This document shows, piece after piece, positions 17,418 through 24,858 of a stretch of DNA of 24,858 nt (position 1 is its first letter; each line of letters begins with the position of its first letter). Location: assembly GCA_963824385.1 (NCBI GenBank), contig CAWGPD010000005.1, positions 1 to 24,858 on the forward strand. Reading direction: 5' to 3'. The position numbers and the translations under genes are program-made. Origin of the DNA: an uncultured Nitrososphaerota archaeon. GTDB lineage: Archaea; Thermoproteota; Nitrososphaeria; Nitrososphaerales; Nitrosopumilaceae. The notes below the pieces were generated by a model. The model searched no databases. It was not told the origin of the DNA and saw nothing but the letters and a program-made list of their open reading frames with translations.

Positions 17418-18078
17418 ATGACAAACATCGACAACCAAATTCACAGCTTACTAGATCCAAAAAATTGTGTTCTTGTCCTGATTGATTTTCAGCCGCAGAT
17501 GGCATTTGCTGTAAAATCAATTGATGGTCAGACATTGATCAACAACGCAGAAGGTCTTGCAAAGGCCGCTAAAATCTTTAACGTGCCAACAATTCTCACT
17601 TCAGTTGCAGAAAAAAGTTTCTCTGGACCTTATTTCACGCAGATAAAAAAGGTCTTTCCAGGTCAAGAAGTGATTGACCGTACAACCATGAACAGTTGGG
17701 AGGATAAGAGAGTCGTAGATGCAATCAAAAAAACTGGACGTAAAAAGATAGTTTTTGCGGGACTTTGGACAGAAGTCTGTATTGTAACGCCCACAATTAT
17801 GGCATTAGAAGAAGGATACGAAATCTATGTGGTAGTAGATGCATGCGGTGGGACAAGCCAAGTTGCACACGACATGGCAATGCTCCGTATGATACAGGCA
17901 GGTGCAGTACCAGTAACATGGCTGCAATTTCTGTTGGAATTACAGCGTGATTGGGCACGAACCGAAACATATGATGCTGTCACAACTCTCGCAAGAGAAG
18001 ATGCCGGCAGTTACGGTTTGGGACTAGAATATGCAAAAGCTTATGCTTGGCGAACATGCTCGTGAGGGCAGTAAGTAA
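17418..18078 (+). CDS. ycaC: YcaC-like isochorismatase-family hydrolase, apparent +1 frameshift near 18042
   Basis: LIDFQPQM, DRTTMNSWED, AGLWTEVC, ELQRDWAR. As given it stops at 18065; the inferred correction ends AKAMLGEHAREGSK*. Confidence 0.9.
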
Positions 18079-18160
18079 ATTGGAGTATACTTTATGAAAT
18101 CAAAACATCTCCAACCCACATTTTTAATTTCTTGTAATAAAATAAACCAGAGGTCAAAAT

Positions 18161-19981
18161 ATGAATAAAACAAATCAAGATACAAGCAACGAATCAGCTG
18201 ATCTGATTATCATCAACGGTAATGTTGCCACTCAAGACAAATCACGCTCTTTTGTTTCAGCAGTGGCAATCAAAAGCGGAATCATCATTGCAACAGGGAC
18301 AGATAAAGAAATTCTGGATTATCAAAATGATACAACCAAAATAATTGATGTAGGTGGGCGTACTGTTATTCCTGGTCTTAATGATTCACACCTTCACATC
18401 ATACGTGCTGGTCTTAACTACAATATGGAATTACGATGGGATGGCATACCTTCACTTGATGAAGCACTAAGACGGGTCAGAGAACAGGTCCCACTAACCC
18501 CAAATCCACAATGGGTGCGGGTAGTGGGGGGTTGGTCTGAATTTCAGTTTGATGAACAACGTGTACCAAGTGTTGAAGAACTAAATAAAATAAGTACGAA
18601 AATACCAATCTTTATTTTGCATCTTTATCACTGTGCTTTACTTAACAAAGCAGCACTTCAAGATGCTGGATATTCAAAGGATGGTCCTAGCTTTCCCGCA
18701 AGTGAAATTCAACGTGACATTTCAGGTAATCCTACTGGATTACTTGCTGCAAAACCAAATGCCTTGATTTTATATTCGACATTGGATAAAGGCCCCAAGC
18801 TTGCATATCAAGACCAAGTTAATTCTACTCGTCAGTTCATGTATGAATTAAATCGATTTGGTGTAACAAGTGCGATAGATGCTGGAGGTGGATTTCAAAA
18901 TTACCCAGACAATTATTCAGTAATTAATGATCTTGCAAAACAAGACTTGTTAACTGTAAGAATTTCTTACAATCTATTTCCCCAAAGACCAAAAAAGGAA
19001 TTAGAAGATTTTGTCAACTGGATGAAAATAGTAAAACCTGGTGACGGAAATGATTTCTATCGCATGAATGGTGCTGGGGAGATGTTGGTATTTTCAGCAG
19101 CTGATTTTGAGAATTTTCCTGAACCGCGACCAGATCTTGTTAAAACAATGGAATCAGAACTCAAAGATGTAGTAACATTACTGGCAAAAAACAGATGGCC
19201 ATTTCGTCTTCATGCAACTTATGGAGAATCAATTACAAGATTTCTTGATGTCTTTGAACAAGTCAACAGAGATATTCCTTTCAATGGCCTGCGTTGGTTC
19301 TTCGATCATGCTGAAACTATCTATGATTCAGATATTGACAGAGTTCGCAAGCTTGGTGGTGGTATTGCAGTACAGGATAGGATGGCATTCCAAGGAGAAT
19401 CTTTCATAGCTAGATTTGGTGAGAAGGCAGCAGAAAATTCTCCACCCATTACAAAGATGCTTGAAAAAGGCGTGCCAGTAGGAGCCGGAACTGATGCTAC
19501 TAGAGTTTCAACTTATAATCCATGGATTGCACTATACTGGTTAGTTACAGGCAAGACTGTTGGTGGAACTAGATTATATCCTGAAAGCAATCGTCTTAGC
19601 AGAATGGAATCACTTAGGCTCTATACTGTAGGTAGTGCATGGTTTTCAAGTGAAGAAAACAAAAAAGGTTCAATCGAGCCAGGCAAACTTGCAGATCTTG
19701 CTGTACTTTCATCAGATTACTTTACTATTCCAGAAGAAGAAATCAAACACATTGAATCATTCCTCACCATAGTCGGTGGCAAGATTGTATATGGAGTATC
19801 TGTATTCAAAGACCTCTCTCCTCCACCGTTACCTGTTACTCCATCCTGGTCGCCTGTTGCAAAATTTGGCGGATATGCAAATACTAGACATGTTCTACAC
19901 GCAAATGTAAAACAAAAAACTAGTAACAAAATAGCCTCTCCTTTACTATGTTCATGTTGTGATGAACACTTTTCATTTTGA
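18161..19981 (+). CDS. Amidohydrolase_3 family metal-dependent hydrolase (YtcJ/NfdA-like)
   Basis: IPGLNDSHLH, RLHATY, FDHAE, GAGTDATR, GSIEPGKLADLAVL. Confidence 0.93.
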   Translation: MNKTNQDTSNESADLIIINGNVATQDKSRSFVSAVAIKSGIIIATGTDKEILDYQNDTTKIIDVGGRTVIPGLNDSHLHIIRAGLNYNMELRWDGIPSLDEALRRVREQVPLTPNPQWVRVVGGWSEFQFDEQRVPSVEELNKISTKIPIFILHLYHCALLNKAALQDAGYSKDGPSFPASEIQRDISGNPTGLLAAKPNALILYSTLDKGPKLAYQDQVNSTRQFMYELNRFGVTSAIDAGGGFQNYPDNYSVINDLAKQDLLTVRISYNLFPQRPKKELEDFVNWMKIVKPGDGNDFYRMNGAGEMLVFSAADFENFPEPRPDLVKTMESELKDVVTLLAKNRWPFRLHATYGESITRFLDVFEQVNRDIPFNGLRWFFDHAETIYDSDIDRVRKLGGGIAVQDRMAFQGESFIARFGEKAAENSPPITKMLEKGVPVGAGTDATRVSTYNPWIALYWLVTGKTVGGTRLYPESNRLSRMESLRLYTVGSAWFSSEENKKGSIEPGKLADLAVLSSDYFTIPEEEIKHIESFLTIVGGKIVYGVSVFKDLSPPPLPVTPSWSPVAKFGGYANTRHVLHANVKQKTSNKIASPLLCSCCDEHFSF

Positions 19982-20018
19982 GTTGCGAGTTAAAATAGTT
20001 CCAGAATATTTGTAATCC

Positions 20019-21635
20019 ATGGCTGAACAGAGCACTAGTACATCAATTCTTCATACTCAAAAACTATTCAGGATATTGTGGATCACTACTGTTGCATCTA
20101 ACATTGGTACATCCATGCAAAATGTTGGTGCAGCCTGGTTAATGACATCGCTTACTCCTTCACCATTGACTGTTGCACTAATACAAACAGCAACTAGTTT
20201 ATCACTTGTCTTGCTTGCCCTGCCTGGCGGTGCATTTGCGGATGTATTTGACAGAAGACGCTTGCTTTTAGTTGCACAATATTTCATGCTTACTGTATCA
20301 GTAATAATTGCAACACTTGCATTTGCAGGAATTGTTACACCATCAATTTTGTTGACAGTTACTTTTCTGCTTGGATTGGGAGCTGCTATAAGCATGCCAG
20401 CTGCGATGGGTGCTTCACTTGAACTAGTACCAAGATCTGAAGCACGACATGCAATTACATTGGGAGGTATAAGTGTAAACATAGGAGCTGCTGTTGGTCC
20501 TACACTAGGAGGTATTATTGTAGCAGCATCAGGTCCATGGTTTGTCTTTATGTTAAACGCCATATCTTTTGTAGGTCTGATAGTTTTTCTTCATAGATGG
20601 AAAAGATCTACAAATTTTGGTGAATTACCACCCGAAAGAGTTTTTGGAGCAATGCGTGCTGCATTACGATACATACGTCACTCTCCACACATTCATGGTT
20701 TATTCATTCGTGACTTGGCCTTCTCAATATTTGGGAGTGCGTTGATGGCATTGTTACCAATATTGACAAGACATGATCTTCACCTAAATTCTACAAGTTT
20801 TGGAATATTGGCTGGTTGTTTTGGTCTTGGTGCTATTCTTAGTGGCTTTGTAGTCTTACCTCGATTGCCAAAGAAATTATCTATGGAATGGAGAGTTGGT
20901 GGAGCAATTGTGATATTTGCTAGTACAATGACAATTCTTGCATATAAACCAGACTTTGTTATTTTATGTCTAGCAATGATTGCAGGAGGTATTGCCCAAC
21001 TCACAATAATGTCCAGTCTAAATTTTGCAACATATCGTTCTGCACCAAAATGGGTGGGGATTCGGGTCTTGGCGGTTCACATACTTGTATTCCAAGCTGG
21101 AATGACTGGAGGAAGTGTATTGTGGGGTATTCTTGCTAATCAAATTGGTGTTCCAAGCACTTTGATTTTTGCCTCACTTGGATTGTTAATTGGTCTTATC
21201 ACCATGGTTCGCCATAGATTGTTGTCTGGAAAAGATGTTGATATGACACAATCGCTTCATTGGCCAATTCCACAAGTAGCATCTGATCTACATCCAGATG
21301 ATGGCCCAGTCTTGATAGAAATTGAATATATCATAGATAATTCAAAATCAAACGAATTTGAATATGAAATACAGAATCTGAAAAATCTTCACTTACGTGA
21401 TGGAGCAATAAGTTGGGGACTATTCCGAGACGTTGCAAATCCTAGTCGCTATGTGGAAACATTTGTGGCAGAATCCTGGTTAGAGCACCTACGTCAACAT
21501 CAACGAGTAACAAAGACAGACAAAGAAATTCAAGACAAGGTTAACTCTTTTCATGTTGGTGCAACAGAACCAATCGTAGACCATTTTATTGGAGCCAAGA
21601 TGCCAAAAAAAGATAATATCATGAGAGTGAAATGA
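20019..21635 (+). CDS. MFS transporter (MFS_3 type) with C-terminal soluble domain
   Basis: GAFADVFDRRRLL motif A, about 12 TM, C-terminal GPVLIEIEY...RDGAISWGLFRD...SWLEHLRQHQR. Confidence 0.93.
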   Translation: MAEQSTSTSILHTQKLFRILWITTVASNIGTSMQNVGAAWLMTSLTPSPLTVALIQTATSLSLVLLALPGGAFADVFDRRRLLLVAQYFMLTVSVIIATLAFAGIVTPSILLTVTFLLGLGAAISMPAAMGASLELVPRSEARHAITLGGISVNIGAAVGPTLGGIIVAASGPWFVFMLNAISFVGLIVFLHRWKRSTNFGELPPERVFGAMRAALRYIRHSPHIHGLFIRDLAFSIFGSALMALLPILTRHDLHLNSTSFGILAGCFGLGAILSGFVVLPRLPKKLSMEWRVGGAIVIFASTMTILAYKPDFVILCLAMIAGGIAQLTIMSSLNFATYRSAPKWVGIRVLAVHILVFQAGMTGGSVLWGILANQIGVPSTLIFASLGLLIGLITMVRHRLLSGKDVDMTQSLHWPIPQVASDLHPDDGPVLIEIEYIIDNSKSNEFEYEIQNLKNLHLRDGAISWGLFRDVANPSRYVETFVAESWLEHLRQHQRVTKTDKEIQDKVNSFHVGATEPIVDHFIGAKMPKKDNIMRVK

Positions 21636-21645
21636 TCTGAAAAGT

Positions 21646-22125
21646 TTGAATAATTTTGGATTGTTTAATTTTTCACTAATTCTCCTTATTTTTGTTTTAA
21701 CAATGATCACGCCATCGTACGGGGAAGAAATTCCAAACACAAATTCGTCGAAACAAGTGACAATATTCATTCAGCCCCCTAATGTAGGAACGCCATATGA
21801 TCCTAAAGAGATACACATAATTCAAAATTCAATAGTTACATGGATTAATAACGACAATGTCAGTCATACTGTTACAAGTGGAGATCCACAACAAGGTGCT
21901 GACGGAAAATTTGATAGTGGTTTGATTAAACCTGAAAAAGAATTTTCTCATACTTTCACAGAAATCGGCACCTTCAATTATTATTGTCAAGTTCATCCTG
22001 CAATGACAGGAATAGTAATCGTTGATGCAAACATAGTACCTGAATTCCCATTTGCTGCTGTTATACTAGTAATTGCAACATTGTCTATTGTTTTGATTTC
22101 AAGAATCAAACAATACCATATCTGA
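21646..22125 (+). CDS. Exported plastocyanin/azurin-like blue copper protein with PEF-type C-terminal sorting signal
   Basis: Signal peptide, HTVTSG, YYCQVHPAM type 1 Cu ligands, VPEFP followed by TM and basic residues. Confidence 0.92.
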   Translation: MNNFGLFNFSLILLIFVLTMITPSYGEEIPNTNSSKQVTIFIQPPNVGTPYDPKEIHIIQNSIVTWINNDNVSHTVTSGDPQQGADGKFDSGLIKPEKEFSHTFTEIGTFNYYCQVHPAMTGIVIVDANIVPEFPFAAVILVIATLSIVLISRIKQYHI

Positions 22126-22137
22126 AAATTTAGCCAT

Positions 22138-22232
22138 AAAGTGGGCTCAAAATAGACTCTTGTACATGAACCTCCCGAGCCTGAACCATGACAAAATGAA
22201 CGGGTATCAAACTAATTTAGGCAAACCCACCC
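22138..22232. repeat. Degenerate GGGTC-family repeats
   Basis: AAAGTGGGCTCAAAATAG resembles the reverse complement of 13054-13073; CGGGTATCAA is identical at 13039 and 22201. Confidence 0.55.
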
Positions 22233-22279
22233 CCGGTACTCTACAAAATCAAAATTAGTTAGTACAGGGTATGTAATAC

Positions 22280-22423
22280 ATGATGTATTTGACAGATTTT
22301 CTAACACAAAAATCAGGCAATGAAGGAAATCATTGGATGAAGTATCACATGATAATGGAACATGTAAGAAAATATGAAAAGGAATGTGGTATCAAGATAC
22401 TATTGCTAGTAGATGACAAATAA
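22280..22423 (+). CDS. Possible 47-aa small protein or gene remnant
   Basis: MMYLTDFLTQKSGNEGNHWMKYHMIMEHVRKYEKECGIKILLLVDDK*; no recognised motif. Confidence 0.35.
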   Translation: MMYLTDFLTQKSGNEGNHWMKYHMIMEHVRKYEKECGIKILLLVDDK

Positions 22424-22430
22424 GTACGAA

Positions 22431-22492
22431 CCTATTAGACCCAACTACTAACTTGGAATAATTTCAGACCCGTATTTCATCTGTATTGGATT
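22431..22492 (-). repeat. Right GGGTC-family repeat, inverted relative to 13141-13228
   Basis: Minus strand reads AATCCAATACAGATGAAATACGGGTCTGAAATTATTCCAAGTTAGTAGTTGGGTCTAATAGG. Confidence 0.85.
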
Positions 22493-22723
22493 TTGTAAGT
22501 TTCATTTTCTCAGATTGGATTTATGGGATGCCTTTCTATATTTCACAGGCACCAGTTTTTTGAATCATATCTACGAAATACGCCTGACATCTAAAATTGT
22601 CTTTGAAGATATAATCTCACTAGTAATGTTCAGTACAAGACTTTTAAGACATGCCTTTGATTTGAAAATAACCAAAATCCATACAAGGATTATTATTTAA
22701 TACCATATTTCCAAACCCCGAAG

Positions 22724-23380
22724 ATGTATAGCGGAGAGCGTGAAGTCCAGTCAAAGAGAAAAGCCCTTGCTGTCCTACAAGACGAGATAAACAGAATTCT
22801 TAATGCTGTCAGAGACCTCTCAATTCTGCCTAGTTTGATCATCAAGGCAGACAAGTCTGAAATAAAACAGACACTTGAGCGAATAAAAAATACAGAAGAT
22901 GAAGTTGAAGCCCTCCGCAGAAAAATCACTAGAGAGATCTCAGACATTGGAGGCCTTATGATGCACAAAGAGAATATTTTAAACTCGGCATATACCATGG
23001 ATGAAATTGCAGGATACATCACAGGCATTGCATTTAGGCTCTCAAATATCAAGGCTGCAACACTCAAGAAAGAAAAGCTTGACAAGAATATTACAGAACT
23101 AGTAGAACTAGCAGTAGACCAGATTCAAAAAATTAATGAAATAATCAGGGCTCTAGCAAACAACAACAGCATAGTGGCAATTGACTTGGCACATGAAGCA
23201 CAAAAGATAGAGAGACAGGTAGACAACAAGTACAGGGCATTAAGCATTAAAATCCTTGATGAAATTAACACGCCAAAAGAGCTGTTGCTTCTCAAAGATA
23301 TAGTAGAAGGAATTGAAGAAATGTCAGATAAAGTTCTCCAGGTATCAGACTCGTTTATTTTGCTTGCTCTAAGCCTATAA
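22724..23380 (+). CDS. DUF47/PhoU-like phosphate transport regulator
   Basis: Duplicated helical motifs IKNTEDEVEALRR and KIERQVDNKYR, IEEMSD. Confidence 0.88.
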   Translation: MYSGEREVQSKRKALAVLQDEINRILNAVRDLSILPSLIIKADKSEIKQTLERIKNTEDEVEALRRKITREISDIGGLMMHKENILNSAYTMDEIAGYITGIAFRLSNIKAATLKKEKLDKNITELVELAVDQIQKINEIIRALANNNSIVAIDLAHEAQKIERQVDNKYRALSIKILDEINTPKELLLLKDIVEGIEEMSDKVLQVSDSFILLALSL

Positions 23381-23407
23381 AATATTAAAAAACATTTATC
23401 ATATAGA

Positions 23408-23656
23408 CTAGATGTCACCAGATTTTTTCTTCAAGTAATCCTCAAGAAATCCCAAGAAAGCACTACCATCTTTGACTCCTTTCCCATACGATGCTTTCTC
23501 CATGGCATACAGATGTTTCAAAAAGTCCAAGTCTGCTTTTGCAAACCAATCCACCATATCCATAAAATACTGCATTGCTCTCTCATCACTAGTGGTACGT
23601 TTCTCATTATAACTAGAATCTATGTTAGGCGTTGTAGTTACTACCAAATTACTCAA
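23408..23656 (-). CDS. Hypothetical protein
   Basis: Likely TTG 23656 overlapping the upstream stop, preceded by GTGGTGG; ORF open to 23722. Confidence 0.55.
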   Translation of the reverse strand: MSNLVVTTTPNIDSSYNEKRTTSDERAMQYFMDMVDWFAKADLDFLKHLYAMEKASYGKGVKDGSAFLGFLEDYLKKKSGDI

Positions 23657-23897
23657 ACCCACCACTGACAAACCTCTTTCCGCCAAGATCATGTCGCAAA
23701 AACTTTTCCGTATGAATACCAAAATCTACTGTAACAATAAAAAATCCCTTACTAGGTATACCGTCTTTCCAAATCACCAAGTCATTCTCCCAGGTATAAC
23801 CAAGTACTGTACCCTCCCTACCATCCCTTGTTTTTACAGAATCACCTTCCCAGTATACAACTGGAACTCCAATAATGGATGGAAAATGTTGCTTCAT
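23649..23897 (-). CDS. Hypothetical small beta-rich (possibly SH3/KOW-like) protein
   Basis: EGDSVKTRDGREGTVLG pattern; fold is inference. Confidence 0.55.
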   Translation of the reverse strand: MKQHFPSIIGVPVVYWEGDSVKTRDGREGTVLGYTWENDLVIWKDGIPSKGFFIVTVDFGIHTEKFLRHDLGGKRFVSGGFE

Positions 23898-24092
23898 GTC
23901 TAGTAGTATGTTTAGTATGACTTAAATTTCTCTACTATAAAGTTTAGTATTAATTAATATAACACGAAGAGATTAGCGAATTAAATACATTCCATAACAA
24001 ACTAACGTAATTCAGGTATTTATCGTCGTCACGTGGATTTTCATAAGCTATAATCGCGTACCAATTTTTGAGTTTAAGAATTTTTATCAATA

Positions 24093-24698
24093 TCAAACTC
24101 GATGCGTCCCAAGAATATCATGCCACATTATCTTGACAATTTTTTTACGTGCATTGCTTGAAACCCGTAGACTATTATAAAAACTAGTATAACGTTGTTT
24201 TTCATTTTTCTTTGCCATATCTTGATTTAATTTGTTGATATGAAAATCATGTAATCTAATCATAGATTCAGACAAACGATGGTACGTCTGTAATAGCTTG
24301 TAATCAATCTCATACATCATGCGTTCTATTGTCATTCTCTCCTGAAATGCCTTTGTCTTGTCTAACTGTTCCCGAAGTCTAGATCTTTGAACATCAAGTC
24401 TGTGCATATTTACAACTATTGCCATTTGTGGATCGAATGTGTTTGTACTTTGATAAATTCTGGCGTACCAATAACTCAAGTCATCATTTACAGTATTACG
24501 TGAAATTTTTATCATGTCTGCAATCTTTCTTGCAGAATAACCGTAGTCAAAATGCAATCGATGCACCTCGTTTTGCCTTTTCTCTTTTTCTGCCTTTGAA
24601 TATGGCCCACCTTTTTTTGAATTTTTAAAAATTATTTTCTTATTATCTTCAATAAACTCACGATTCACATAAAGCGGAGATTCTGATTCCAATGTCAA
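24093..24698 (-). CDS. HTH DNA-binding protein with coiled-coil C-terminus
   Basis: GYSARKIADMIKISRNTVNDDL helix-turn-helix. Confidence 0.75.
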   Translation of the reverse strand: MTLESESPLYVNREFIEDNKKIIFKNSKKGGPYSKAEKEKRQNEVHRLHFDYGYSARKIADMIKISRNTVNDDLSYWYARIYQSTNTFDPQMAIVVNMHRLDVQRSRLREQLDKTKAFQERMTIERMMYEIDYKLLQTYHRLSESMIRLHDFHINKLNQDMAKKNEKQRYTSFYNSLRVSSNARKKIVKIMWHDILGTHRV

Positions 24699-24783
24699 TA
24701 ATCTTCGCTTTTTTGGTTTGATTTAAGGTCTCTCAATTTATAACAAGTTGACCACACCTCATCTTCTTTTTATAAATAAAATG

Positions 24784-24810
24784 GCATAGCAGCATAGTTT
24801 AGCATAGTTA
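24784..24810. repeat. Short direct repeats GCATAG x3
   Basis: GCATAGC AGCATAGTTT AGCATAGTTA; related CATAGAGCATAA near 24840. Confidence 0.5.
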
Positions 24811-24858
24811 TCTAGGTACGAAAATCAAAATTCAGTGCACATAGAGCATAACAACCAT

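Noticed and set aside
22515..22700. 61-aa ORF
   Set aside because: No motif, TTG start, overlaps the probable DUF47 promoter region.

Overview
AT-rich archaeal window. Gene content (PEF-type C-terminal sorting signal, small roadblock-like sensor, two-domain multicopper oxidase, DUF47 protein, many small Cys/His proteins) points to an ammonia-oxidising Nitrososphaerota/Thaumarchaeota genome (inference). It holds stress, signalling and redox genes: PAC2 chaperone, Hsp20, two PAS histidine kinases, two USPs, cyclophilin, multicopper oxidase, three CBS proteins, then a bacterial-type pirin/AzoR/HxlR/YcaC/amidohydrolase/MFS block and a cupredoxin. Five genes are broken by single-base insertions that look like sequencing error. 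The main unexplained structure is non-coding. (1) Seven co-oriented intergenic copies of GAGTCTYACAG split 1.7-9.8 kb into 1-2 gene modules; they are linked to an A-rich ...GGAGTTTTGTA arm, and the cyclophilin gene looks inserted into one such site between 13-bp direct repeats. (2) A second, GGGTC-based repeat family brackets the 9.3-kb redox block in inverted orientation. No recombinase, transposase, tRNA, rRNA or CRISPR array was recognised.
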